Assembly (NCBI GenBank): GCA_964016885.1
Contig: OZ024740.1
Span: 327,856,001-327,920,000 of the forward strand
DNA: 64,000 bases
Source: Eledone cirrhosa
Lineage: Eukaryota
Direction: 5' to 3'
Positions 24,750-37,671 of the stretch are shown piece after piece. Positions within the stretch are counted from its first letter, which is position 1; the number at the start of each line of letters is the position of its first letter. The translations under genes were made by a program, and so were the position numbers. The notes beneath the pieces were generated by a model. The model was given only the letters and a program-made list of their open reading frames with translations. It searched no databases and had not been told where the DNA came from.

Positions 24750-25712
24750 TGACACCATAATCAGCATTGATCCTGTCCTCACTGGGGCTTGGCTGACTCC
24801 AAAGCATGGCATCTGCATTCACTGCTCTCCAATCGTCCTGAAAGCTATATATGAGTGCCTGGAGACCAAGCATGCAGACCTGATGATGACGATGGAGAAA
24901 TTACGCCTCATCGATGCACTCCTCCTGAGGAACTGTTTTTCTTTCCCCAAATTCTTCTTTACGCTACGTGGCACATCTTGCCACCCTCGAGCAGATGAAC
25001 TCATCAAACTCGATGCTGTCCCAAACTCATCTGCAATGTTTGATTTGACAGCACCTGCTGGCAACAGATGAAACTCCCTGTGAGTTTGGTGACCTCAGCC
25101 TCCAATCCACTCTTGATTTAGCATTGCTAACCTATCTCTCCTCAATCTCCTCCAGCCACACTCTCATCAATGAGATCCTCTCCAAGACAACAGAACCTGA
25201 TGTGGCTCAAAAGCTGTAGTCAGCTCTGGTTGATTGGACCAACGAAGGGATTGCCGTCCCCAGTATACCAATGTCCAGTATGACTGGGATGACAGCAACT
25301 GCATGTCCACCTTCAGGTAGATTGATTCTTCCTTGGACCAACAGTGTCTCACCTGCCTACACTCCGCCTCACAACCAAACAGTAGCACTTGGCTCAATTC
25401 AGTGCTTTCCTTTCGAGGGGGGCAAATCCCTAATTTTAGGACATGATGTACTGCCACTAGTTCTCAGCCCCCAGCCTTGTCACTTCACTCATAAACCAGG
25501 GCTCTGCTGCCCATAATGCAGAGGAGAGAAAGATAGTTAAATACTGGGTCCTGACTAACTGCTTCCTCTCCGTTGAAACCTCTGGTGTCTTTGGTCCCTA
25601 CACTGATGATTTCCTCCGTAAAATCGGAAAGACGTTGGCCCACTTGAGGAGGGAGCCCTGTGAGGTAGGATGGCTGTTGCTGTGAATGTCTCTGGCCATT
25701 CTCTGCAGTAAT
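24750..25712 (+). mobile_element. CRE-clade non-LTR retrotransposon fragment (decayed, internally deleted)
   Basis: CSPI...LRLIDALLLRNCFSFPKFFFTLR, then HSASQPNSSTWLNS, then VETSGVFGPYTDDFLRKIGKTL...REPCEVGWL..MSLAILCSN. These resemble the CRE post-RT region and C-terminal 'VETLGPWG...LSLAVQRGN' motifs. Confidence 0.75.
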
Positions 25713-26775
25713 CATCATCATTACTGTTTAACGTTCATGTTTCCAAGCTGGCATGGGTTAGACGAGTTATCCTATTGTGAGCAATGCCTGGTCAGGTGAC
25801 CATGTCTTGCTCACACAGAACTCTTTTACCATTTTGTTTGCGGGGGCATGGCTGAGGCACTGCTCAGACTGGGGTGTAGTGTCAGTCTCTCCCCTCTTTT
25901 TTTCTTTCTTTGTTAGATACTTTTTTCTTTTTTGTTCCCTTGTTCCCTTGTTTTTATATAAACAGCTTTGTCAAATAAGTAGATAACACTATGAAAAAAC
26001 AACAAAAATAAAACATGAAATTCTATATGACAGATCTACTTATTTTTCAGGGAAAGGAAGTAAAGCATTTGTACTTCATACTGAAACAATTAGGTATGCT
26101 CCTGTTGTTAATCAACCTAGACCCCCCCCCCCCCCCGTCTTCTCAAACCACTTCCTACCACAGTAGAATATAAAGGATGTCATAAGTGTGAATATAAAAC
26201 AGGTTGTATTAAGTGTTGATCAAGACTGACTTAAAGCTAAACAAGAGTTAATAGATCTATGAATGTGACTAAGCATGAGTAAATATTTACATTTAGTCAT
26301 CGGGCTATTTCTTACTTTCATTTCCTGTGTAAATATCCACTTGTCTTTATAACTGTACCAGTAAATAACTGAAATTGTGTTGATATTTATCTCCCTGTGT
26401 GGTTAGTTGTCTATTTGGCTACCCATCTGTTTGTCATTTACTTGAATGCCTATCTAGATCAATACTCTTGTCCTTGTTTTTAGCATCCGATTCTTAAAGC
26501 TGGCATGGTTTCGGCAAGTTTACTGTATAACATATTGCCACTGTTTTTCATCTTTTAGTATCTCATTCTTGGATCTAAAATTATCACATTTTCACACATC
26601 TTACTTGGTCTTACTCTAGTGATGTCAACAAATTGGACTTTTCCATCAAAGACTTTGTCATATCTTTATATTTCATGTCCATAAAAACTGATGCCCAGCT
26701 ATTCCCTGAGCTTACTTAAGTTCTTCTTTCTTGTAGATTAGCATTACACAAGATAACTATTATTATAAGTGTCGG

Positions 26776-26863
26776 TGGATTGGCAGTATCGGTAGAATGT
26801 CAGACACCATGCTTTGCAGAATAGAGTTATGGCCCTTTACGTTCTGAGTTCAAATCCCGCCGA
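26776..26863 (+). mobile_element. SINE 5' tRNA head, truncated at the Helitron junction
   Basis: TGGATTGGCAGTATCGGTAG...TTCTGAGTTCAAATCCCGCCGA, then an abrupt switch to Helitron coding sequence. Confidence 0.85.
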
Positions 26864-27614
26864 AGAATTTTAGGAACAACATAAGAAATTATAATTCTGC
26901 CTTTGCATTTGCTTCTTTTGGTGCCAATATCAAACCTCCACCGGGACGTGGCCCTTATTGCTTCCAGTTACAAGGTCAAATATATCATTATGCCAGCAAC
27001 TTGCATCCAAACGAAAATGAACAGAGAAGATATGGTTAGCTCTACATCATTGAAACAAATGAAGCTATCCATACCCGAGCAAATGCTAATGAAAATGCCA
27101 ATTGCTTATTATCGGTGTTTGAACAAATAATGGTTTCAATGAATAATAATCCTTATGTAGCAGCATACAATAATATGAGAACTGTTGAAATGCAAGAACA
27201 ACAGCGAGCTGCAATAGAAAATATCCCTTCTAGAAAAGTAACCATGAAATTCATAGCAGGCCATGATGCAAGAAGATACAATAATCCAACGAACAATGAG
27301 GTTGTAGCAATTTTTGTTGGTGAAGATGGAGCACCGCCACTACATCGTGATATTGTTGCATATCCTATAGGACAACATAAAGAGAGAGAATATCGTACAT
27401 TTCTTGCCACTTAGACCCCATGGTATATCCTCTTCTCTTTCCAAATGGCGATCAACGATAGCATATTAACATGACGCACGTACAACATCACCAAACAAGA
27501 GTTCGTAACAAAGTGACAATGCAGGAATTCTACGCATTTCGCTTGGCCATAAGAGGCGGTTTCAGTGTAATACATCGAGCGGGAATTATTTCATCAATAC
27601 ATTGTTGATGCATA

Positions 27615-27996
27615 TATAGGGAAGATACTGGGTTGTATGAATGTAACAAGGCAATTTAGCGTAGATACTGGCGGTGTATGAATGTAACAAGGAGACATGG
27701 TTTGTGTGTATAATATTTAATTAACAATCATGGATATATATAGAACAGTATAGTTGACATGTCAAAGTAATAGATGATAGAATGAAGCAAAGTTAGTAGT
27801 TACCGTTTTGATTGCCAGGCAAACGCGAGACGCCTGGCGAAGGCCAGGCGCCGGAAGGGCAAATGAGAGGCAGAGAACTTAAAGTTGTTAGTTTTATAGG
27901 GTTCTGACCGGAAGTTAGAGAAATGGTTCTACTTCCCGTCTAGATGTTGTTAATCTATTGGGGTTGTGAGTCACAACAAGGGAAGCCACTGCTACA
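27615..27996 (-). mobile_element. Solo LTR (Gypsy-like) inserted in the Helitron
   Basis: Interrupts DAY|VKVE. 4-bp TSD CATA (27611-14, 27997-28000). Minus strand begins TGTAGCAG and carries TATAAAA; the other end reads TATA, probably a mutated TG/CA terminus. Confidence 0.75.
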
Positions 27997-29688
27997 CATA
28001 TGTTAAAGTAGAGGGATGTTGCTTGAATTTCATTGAAAATAACCAAGCACAGTTAAGAGTAGCAATGTACTCTGGCCTCATATTGTCATATGCTTATCAT
28101 GTTGCATGAAGAAGATAAAATTAGAACAAAAGAACAAATTGATAACATTGTCTCTGCTGAGATTCCGCCCATGGAAGAACCGGAGTTGAGGGAGTTGGTT
28201 CGAACACTGATGATACATGAACCTTGCGGAGTATCAAATCCGAATTCTGTCTGTATGGTCGACGCACAATGTCAGAAGAAATTCCCTAAGGAATATCAGG
28301 AAGATACCATCAACAATGTTTCAGGATATCCGGCATACAGAGGGAGAAACAATGGAGGAGACACAGTACAAGTAGGAACTCATCAAGTGGACAATAGATT
28401 TGTTGTTCCATATAATAAGTATCTGTTGAAAACTTATCATGCACACATTAACGTTGAAGTGAAAAGTGTGAAATATCTTTTCAAGTATGTCTATAAAGAA
28501 CATGATTGCGCAATGATGGAAGTGAGGAATGATATTACAAATAACAACAAACAAATCAATGGAAATGAATACAATGAAATAAAACAATATATTTTGTGCA
28601 GGTACGTGTCTCCACCTGAAGCATTTTGGCGATTATCGGAGTTCAAAATGCATGGGCAGTCCCACACAGTATACCGTTTGTCTCTGCATTTACCTGATGA
28701 ACAACGAGTGTACTACAGAGGAGAGCAACGACAATCAGCTGCATGAGCACAAGAGCGTGACACACATTTGACAGCTTGGTTCAAGCTAAACCAATCTGAC
28801 GAGAATGCTAGAAATCTTCTGTACTGTGATATTCCTCAACAATATGTGTTTCAGAAAAAGAGTACCAAATGGACTTGGCAAGTACACTTCCATAATATTG
28901 TAACCAGAATGTACTCAGCAAGTCCACGCAACGCAGAAAAATTTCATTTGAGAATACTACTCCTGCATGTTCCTGGCGCAACTTCTTTCAATGATTTAAG
29001 AACTGTTGAAGGTGAAGAATTTGAAACTTTCAAGGAGGCGTGATTGAGACTTCTTGATGATGATAATGAACTACAAGATACTTTGACAGAGGTAACAGCA
29101 TATCAAATGCCTCGACACATTCTAAACATATTTGCTATGATTTGCCTCTTCAGTCAACCCATCAATGCTTTACAACTGTGGAATGAAAACAAACAGTTCA
29201 TGATTGAGGATCTTTTGCAGACAAATGACAACACAACAGCTGAAAATATTGCTCTTCAGTTGATGAATGCCATATTTAGAGAAAATGACATGCATTGTAG
29301 CATGTTTGGCCTTCCTGATCCAGTCGGAGACCCCCTTCAAAAGAACCTTATGCGGAAAACCCAATCATAGATCCAAATTTATTGAACAATGTAAAAGAGA
29401 AGCATTTAATTGCGTGATTGATGCTACATTAACAGTTAACAGAGAAGAAAAAAATAATAGACTGTTCTATTTGGATGCGCCAGGAGGATCAGGAAAAACA
29501 TTTTGTTCAATATGATTTTCGATCACCTTACTGCTAACAATATAACAGTAAGTACATCTGCCTGGACTGGCATTGCTGCAACACTCTTGAAAGATGGTAA
29601 AACTCTTCACAGTATATTCAAGCTTCCAGTTCCTTTGAGTGAAACAAGTGTGTGCAATGTTCCTCCAAATTCTGATCAAGGAAACATT

Positions 29689-30261
29689 TGTAGTGACCTA
29701 CATTCCGCGGGCTCACATACATTCTCTGTGCGCGATTTGGCTCAGTTCAGCCAATCAGCGCCAGTAGAAGAGGATGTATCCCTACGCGCCCTGAGGAAGA
29801 AATTCCCCGCGAAGATTTGAAGAATCTCTCTCTTGTACCGGAAACTTCAAGCCAGCAACACGCATAATGTAACGGTGAGATTTGCACCCTAGCCTCGCCG
29901 GCTTAACGGCACATTCCCTTTTGTAACTTCTTTTTATCTGTAACTTCAACCATATAAATAAACAAACATTTCATCTCTAATTACTGCTGTTGAAATCATT
30001 ATTATGTTACTCGTGTCTCAATGACATCTATAATCCATGCTGCTGGAATTGGCGACCTGACGAAAGGAATATTGTAAATAGATGGTAAATAGATCGAGGG
30101 ACCTTCCCTCACGTCTATGTCAACAAGATAATCCAACGAGGATACTATCACTTACCACACTGGCAACTAACGACCTTCAATCATCTACCCTGTTAAAGTA
30201 ACGACCACTGATTCTACCACCCTGCTAAAGTGGCGACTACTCTATAACCAATACTGCTAAA
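29689..30261 (+). mobile_element. Solo LTR (Gypsy-like) inserted in the Helitron
   Basis: Interrupts DQGNI|LRRVKVFIID. 4-bp TSD CATT (29685-88, 30262-65). Termini TGTAG...CTAAA (degenerate CTACA). Internal AATAAA at ~29956. Confidence 0.75.
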
Positions 30262-31301
30262 CATTCTTAGGAGAGTAAAAGTCTTCATTATTGACAAAGC
30301 TTCAATGATACCAGCTTATGCTTTGCATGCAATAGATAAATGTTTAAGAGATATTATGAATAGTGATAGTATATTTGGTGGAAAAATTATCATACTAGGA
30401 GGGGATTTTAGACAAGTTCTTCCAGTTGTTCCCAGAGCTCCCCCTGCAGCTGTACTTGATGTCTGCCTCAAACGCTCCTCTCAGTGGGATCATTTTCATC
30501 AAATGAAACTCACAGAAAACATGAGAACAAATGAACAAAATTTTTCAAGGTGGCTACTACAACTTGGAAGTGGATTTCTATGAAGCTCTCTTGATAATGT
30601 CGCAGAAGATACTATTGATATTCCTGAGGCATGCATATGCAACAATTCTTTGGAATCTGATATCTTTGATAATTGCACAGCAGAAGAAATGAAAGCCAGA
30701 GTGATCTTATCCCCCAAAATTTCAGACTGCTTAGCAGTAAATGAAGAAATTCTAAGAAGATTGCCCACTGAAAATAAAACATATCTAAACACCGACTCAG
30801 TAACTTGTGATAATGAAGAAGGTCAGAATTATCCCATGGAGTTTATAAACTCTTTTACACCTTCTGGAATGCCTCCCCATCGACTGAACCTAAAAGTTGG
30901 AGCAATTATTATGCTGCTTAGAAACCTCTCTATAACACAAGGGCTATGCAACGGAACTCGCCTGGAAGTACTTCAGCTCCACGAGCATAGCATCGAAGCG
31001 TCAATTATAAGTGGATCTCACTCACAGACGAGATTACTGATTCCAAGAATCAAACTCTATCCAAGCGATGCAAACATTCCATTTGTTCTGCATAGGACCC
31101 AGTTTCCAGTTCGTCTGTCCTATTCTATGACAATCAATAAAGCACAGGGGCAAACATTCAACAGAGTTGGCATACACTTGCCACAGCCATGCTTCACTCA
31201 TGGCCAGTTATACGTAGCATTTTCAAGAGCAAGGACGATGAACAGTGTGAGGGTTAAAGTGATACCTCAAATCGATCCATGGCCGCAGAAGGGGAATCAC
31301 C

Positions 31302-31603
31302 GGCACTACAACGCTATTAGCTGTCAGTCGTGAAAGCAGGCGAAGGTGACGTCATTCGTCATCGTTTATTTCCGTATTACTACTACCACGCGTAAGTGGA
31401 GTTTTCACGCGCTTTTTATTTTTTTTATTAAAGCATATCGATGTAAGTGGAGTTACTTACATGAAAATATAGGAAAATTAGAAAACAAATTTAAGTTAAT
31501 TAGAAAAAAAAAACTCCACTTACGCGTGGTAGTAATACGGAAATAAACGATGTTTTGCTTTCATCGGCTGCTTTCGACTGACAGATAATAGCGTTGTAGT
31601 GCC
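31302..31603. mobile_element. MITE with 8-bp TSD and GG termini (Merlin-type)
   Basis: TSD GAATCACC (31294-31301, 31604-31611). Long imperfect TIRs GGCACTACAACGCTATTA.../...TAATAGCGTTGTAGTGCC. Confidence 0.85.
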
Positions 31604-32410
31604 GAATCACCTTTACTAGAAATATTGTATATAGGGAAGTGCTTTGAAGGATGTTTTTTATGTGTACTTTTATGAAATTAATTTTAAATAAACTTACATT
31701 ATTATACATAAAATAAAGGAAAATATAATTCTTTATTCACCAAAATACTGCAAATCAAACAACTTTGATTAACTGATAAATAAATATTCAGTGAACAATA
31801 TTTAAATTTCAAAAATTATGCGTGAATTTTTTCACGGTCCAGCTAGTTATTATAAGTGTCGGACAACATGCTTTGCAGCACACAGTTACAGCCCTTTATG
31901 TTCTGAGTTCAACCTCTGCTATGGTTAGCTTTACCTTTCATCCTTACGGAGTCGATAAAATAAAATACCAGTAATACACTGGGGTCAATTTAATCGACTT
32001 TCCCCTTCCCCTAATTGTTGGCCTTGTGCCTAAATGCTCGATAAAATAAGTGCCAGTAACGCACTGGGGTCAATTTAATCGACTTTATCCTTCCCAAAAT
32101 TGTTGGCTATGTGCCTAAATCAGAAACTATTATGTAATAAATTTTCTTTCACCTATATTTTCAGCACTAAAAAAAAAGAGTAGAAAAGGGGATAGGGGTA
32201 ATAAAAGAAAATTGATATGGTAGACCCTCACTCAATCACCTGCCACAAGGGACGCTGGGCTACTTATAATATTCAATAGGATTATTACATTTAATTTTAA
32301 AGTAGCACAATTAAAAAAATATATACCATGCAGTATAATCTGCTATCTGCATTTGTTATTTATTTATTTAATCATTGTCAAACATAAACTGCTTAGCTAA
32401 AACGTATGCA

Positions 32411-32928
32411 CGAGGGTCATGAAAAGTTCATAGCTGACTATGATTGATGCTAGAGCTGTGAAATCTTGCATGCACTAATTTTAACTTTGCATTGTTTCTT
32501 TCCAGGAACTAATTTGAAAAATAAAGTAAATTTATAGAACACCCCACTCAATTAGTAAGAACAAATTTTCCTCCCTCTGAAGTAGGGCAAACTACCCACC
32601 CTTTTCTATAAATTTAGTCGTTTTCAACTGGTTTGAAGGTCATTTTCGTTGATAACACGCGAAAAAAAAAAATCGTTGGGAAAACTTCGAGGTGTGGAGA
32701 TATCCAAGGGGGAGGGGGGACACCCCTCCGTTCTCTGGGAAAAAAGTTGATTGCCAACATCTTGGAGGCTAGATAAGTTGATAGCACACGAACAAAAAAA
32801 AAACTATGAAAATTTTTTTTACCTCTGAAATCGAGTGGGGTGTTCTATAATAATACCAAAAACAAACCTGATTTTGTTATTCCATGAGAGTATCATGGTC
32901 AGCCTATGAACTTTTCAGCCGACCCTCG
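32411..32928. mobile_element. Mariner-type MITE with nested TIR element
   Basis: CGAGGGTCATGAAAAGTTCATAGCTGAC ... GTCAGCCTATGAACTTTTCAGCCGACCCTCG-TA. A nested element at 32532-32850 has TIRs TTATAGAACACCCCACTC / GAGTGGGGTGTTCTATAA. Confidence 0.75.
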
Positions 32929-34310
32929 TATGTATCTTTATTGAAGTGGATCAAATCCACACGCTACTACCATAAATGATAGTTAAGGGTCAGTCCGCCT
33001 CATGGTCCGTGGCCGACAGGATGGTGACGCGCTGGAATAGCCACTCCACTTCACGGACTTCGTACCTGTGGCCACCCTACTCCGCTCTGATAGCAGTTAG
33101 AAGGGATGTGGTCAACACTCTGCCATTAGCTCAATCTGATAACCATGAAAGAAAAGGCAATCACTATTAGTAATTTTCCTTTTTGTAGCTTGCGGAAAAG
33201 TAATAGTATTAAATATGAAAAAAGGTGCGGAGGAGGGGGTGAGGATTTTAATTTGTTATCAATTTTTCTTTGTCAGTTTCAACTTTTATTTTTTCAATAG
33301 TAGATACACAAATTCTACTAATTTCTTTTTTTATTTATTCGGTTAAATATTTAGTGTCTAAGAAAAGAAAGAAAAAGAACAGGGTAGGAAATTCTGTATA
33401 TATTAAATTAAGTTTTGTTTATAAAACATTTTTTTAAAAGAATTACTGACAGTAGAAGAAAACGAAAATATCTCGTCTGATACGCGGGATTCATTTTGTA
33501 TGTACATACACGTTAGAATTAGGGTTCCTTCGTCGGATCGAGTTTGTTTACATATGAGCGAACTTGCTAAATGAATAGAACTCAAACGAGATCTATTCTT
33601 AATGATACCTTCTCCCCAAATATATCAAGCCAATAAGGGACCCTTTACGAAGTCGCTCGATTTGCTAAAAATAACAGCCAAATCTCTCCCCACCTCCCTC
33701 GTCTAAAATAAAGAATGATGTATTTGGACAAAAAGACGGGGCTGGTCGGGGTCAGACAGCAACGAAAGAAAGAAAAAGTTACAGAAAAACTTTTCACCCA
33801 CAAAGATCGAAAATTGTTTTTCTTAAATAAATCACGAAAAAACCCCAGCTCATGGGAAAAAATTAAAATTCTAACAAATATGCGATTTGTCGTCATTACA
33901 GCTTTGTAGATAAATAATACGATATAATGTTTAAAATACCTGAAAATGTAATTTCATTCAAAATTTCTTAACGTACGAATGCAATCATATCTATTTAGAA
34001 GAAAACAATGCTCTTTAGTTGAGCTATACTTTATATTCTAAATTTAGCTGTCATAAATGATATCTAACTTAACTACGAAAACATTTATTTTGAGAAGCGT
34101 AGTTTGATGAAATCGACTCAGGTATTTGGTTGAATAAGTATTATGTAAACAATCAGAATAAAAATCAGTCAACCTTTGTTAGCTACATTTATATACCGCA
34201 AGTATTTTATCTTCTTATCTACTGACTCGTTAATAAAACAAAACCCTTTGTTTGTTTACCTTTTACAGTTAAGGTAGAGCTTTATTGGAGTACGCTAATT
34301 AGTGACACTA

Positions 34311-34411
34311 TAGGGTGTCCACACAAAATGCATACACACTCTGATTACCTGCACGGGCAATATTTATTAGAATGCTGTTGAAGTGTGCATACATTTTTGG
34401 GGGACACACTG
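34311..34411. mobile_element. Tc1-type mini-MITE; partial inverted copy at ~41985-42060
   Basis: TA-TAGGGTGTCCACACAAAATG...CATTTTTGGGGGACACACTG-TA. Confidence 0.7.
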
Positions 34412-35852
34412 TATATTTGTTACGAGCTTCGCTGCCACTTTAAAGAATCATCTCAGGTGACCGATATGGCAACATTCTTTTACATATGAATAACAATTAT
34501 CCATCTTATAAGAAAAAACGTTCAAAACACTAAAACCAAAATATATATTTTTTTTAAATAAAAGAAGAAAAATGTGAAATTAACTGAATGAAATAGTGTG
34601 ACGGCACACCGGTGTATTGAACCTAACAAGCGTCGTTTTCGTGCTCGAAACTTTAACGTAATATATGCTTTAGGAGAATTATTTATATACCTCTACATTT
34701 CATCTCCTCCGATTAAATGTGAGGTATTATGCTTAAATAAGAAATTATTAACGGCAAATTTGTGAAATTGCGTTAGACAAATTTCCGTCGGAAAATTTCT
34801 GATGTATGCAAACGGTCTCTAGAGAAATATGCAAATGATATTTATTATCTTTCATCAACAAGTTCAACGGAGGAAAAAAATACCAAGAAACAATGGCAGC
34901 TCTAAAACTTATGTGAGACAATCACGTTTAGATGATGGTGTTGTATAAATAATAAAATCATAATTTTCCCACATAACTGGATGCTTGTAAATGACTAAAG
35001 CAGCAAATATAATAGAGTATAACCAAATTAAAATTGTCTCTTATATCATAAACATGAGCCGATCAACAAGAAAATAGCGATATAATAATAAGCAGAAAGA
35101 AAAAAATCCAAGAGACTTGCTTGTTGAATAAACAACTCTCCAAATCGTTGTGAGCTAAGAAAGGTCTATAGTATAAATAATTGTTTCTAGTTTAGGCACA
35201 TGACAGTAATTTCTCATTCTCCATCAAGGGCGAATCACTAAGCACACCTGCCAACTCGGACTTGAACCAGCAGTCAGTGTTGTCGATTTACTCATTCAGC
35301 AAGTCGGAGACTACTACCGCAACCATGTCTGATATTCTTCTCTCTCTGAACTTTATCGTTTCTCTCCTATTTATCTGCTGTATATCTTCCTACAGTGCAC
35401 AAAATGCAAGTATGTTTGTCTTCTTTCTTTATATATCACTACTGTTGCTCAATTAAACAATTGTTGCACACAATATTTATTAAATACCATTTTCATTGTA
35501 AGACACGCAAGTTTGATTCTCTCACAGCCACAACATAATAATATATACACATAACGATGACAATAATATACGCGCGAGTGTGTATATATGAATATACGTA
35601 TATATTTATATATATACACGTGTGTCTAAGTATAAACGTATGTATATATCTATATCTCTATATATATATATACACACACACACATGCGTTTGTATATATA
35701 TATATATATATATACCAACGCGCGCGTGTGTATATATATATATAAATATATATATATAGAGAGAGAGAGAGTGAGATATATATAGATATATACATACGTA
35801 TACTATATATATATATATATATATAGTTGCGTATATATAATTTTTAACGAGT

Positions 35853-35989
35853 TTACATTATGAATCAAACGTCCTCGAAGTCGAATTAATGCTAACATTA
35901 ATAGTGATACATAATAATAATAATGCTTTCTTTATTATTATGTATCACTATTAATGTTAGCATTAATTCGACTTCGATTCATAATGTAA
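35853..35989. repeat. Long palindrome / hairpin
   Basis: Perfect 46-bp stem 35875-35920 with 35932-35977 and an 11-nt loop, extended by TTACATTATGAA / TTCATAATGTAA. Confidence 0.9.
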
Positions 35990-36518
35990 TAAAATTATTA
36001 TCATCATTGAAACTGGAAAAACTTTTTATGTCCAAGAAAGGATACGATTTTTAATCTCTGTTATATACGTAGTTACACTAACGTTAAGGTTGACTGCTTA
36101 TGTATAACCTTACATTAATTACGGAGCCAACAAAAGAGCTTCTATGTTTAAGGGGCCGTTCGATTTTATGGACATTGCTGCTAAATCTCTTTTATTTACT
36201 CTTTACCTACTGGCCTGAAAAGGGTGAGGACACATTCGATAATGTTGTCCAAGATACGCTAGGCTTGAGAGAAGGACAAGACGGTCATAGCATGAAGTCG
36301 TTCAAACAATACAACTACCGTAGTTAATAGGCATGTTTTATACGCTTTGCTTTTTGCTGCTTAATATTATATAAAAGCACCACGTGTATAATTTCTCTTT
36401 GCCCCTTCATCATACCTAATATATATGTATATATAGAAATATGTACGCATGATAATATATAGATTTAAACCTGTTTTAAATAATATATATGTATATGTAA
36501 ACACATGTATGTACGAGA

Positions 36519-37671
36519 CTTGCTACCCGGCATTGCCTAATAAATATTGCGCTGAATTGGTTGCTAGTTTGTTTTAACAAATACACCTTTTTACAATATA
36601 TATCGTCCACTCCATCTTGAACTTCCAACCGAACCCCTTGCAGTTATGGATATATATATCACGAAGTATACTGCTCTTGCCTGGTATACCTTTATCTAAT
36701 TTAATTTTATTCCTCGTATGTACAATTTTAAGAAGTGAACGGTATATTTATATATTATTTTCGGTTAACTGGATCTCTAAATAGGAATTTACCCGGTGTT
36801 TGGGATATAATGTACCAAATTGGTGACCCTTTTTGTTTTTAATAAGGAAGAGATTCTTTTGCCGGTCCCAGTAAAATAGACGTTCAGGCTATTTTGCCTG
36901 TAAGAGTGTCAGACACCATGCTTTGCAGCAGAGAGTTGCGGCCCTTTATGGTCTTAGTTCAAATCCCGCCGGAGTTAGCTTTGCCTTTAATCCTTAATAG
37001 GTCGATAAAATAAAGCACCAGTAATGTACTGGGATCGATTTAATTTACTTTCCCCTCCAACCAAAATTGTTGGCCTTGTGCCAAAATCAGAAACCATTAT
37101 TATGAAGGCAGGTAATGTTAAAAACAACAACACAGATTTAACACAAGTTCATTTATTTTCACCACCAATTGTTAAGAGATTTAAACCCTAACACCAACAC
37201 TAACGCTATTTATATTTATCGGGGACAAGTAAAATAAGCCTTAAAAGCATGTTTGTCTAGTTTACCGGGACTGGTAAAGTAGCCTATTCGTTTTAATAAA
37301 TCATGGTAATTTTACTGGATGGTACCAATTGGAACACTTTAAAAACAAGTCTGGATGGAAACATTTGAAAATGACAGTGGATGGTTAGAGGTGCATCATT
37401 CTTAAAAGAAGAGGGTATGTGGTATCAGTTTGAGTGCTGTTAAAAAGATGGTGGACGGACACAGTTGGAGCAATGTCAAAAAAAGGAGGTGAATGTGTAC
37501 AATCGGAATGCAGTTAAAAAGGAGTGTCCACAAGTGGAGTACCATTCAGAAAGGGAGGATGGTCACGGTTAAAGACAAAGATTGAAAGAGAGGGGGAGAG
37601 ATGGATGTTGGGGACACATTTCACAAAAATTGTATGTATGAGAGGGAGACATAATATATAATTATGTAAGA
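36519..37671 (-). mobile_element. Probable non-autonomous Helitron, containing a MITE (~36850-37288) and a SINE (~36900-37100)
   Basis: Minus strand starts A|TCTTACATAATTATATA (TC 5' end) and ends GGCAATGCCGGGTAG-CAAG|T (small hairpin plus degenerate CTAG). Confidence 0.5.

Larger units (their letters stand above)
26863..31647 (+). pseudogene. Helitron RepHel (HUH endonuclease + PIF1-like helicase) pseudogene
   Basis: KNFRNNIRNYNSAFAFASFGA...QGQIYH; HQYIVDAYVKVE; Rep motif 3 SVKYLFKYVYK; Walker A DAPGGSGKTF; GGDFRQVLPV; QFPVRLSYSMTINKAQGQT; HGQLYVAFSR; C-terminal TRNIVYREVL*. Many stops and frameshifts; Rep motif 1 and most of motif 2 are deleted at ~28080. Confidence 0.92.
26864..31846 (+). 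mobile_element. Helitron (5'-truncated, decayed) with intact 3' terminus
   Basis: RepHel coding remnants throughout. 3' hairpin CGTGAA-TTTT-TTCACG (31821-31836), then CTAG (31843-31846), followed by T. Confidence 0.93.

Noticed and set aside
28090-31333. Host PIF1 helicase gene
   Set aside because: Intronless, fused to Rep remnants, full of stops and bounded by a Helitron 3' terminus.
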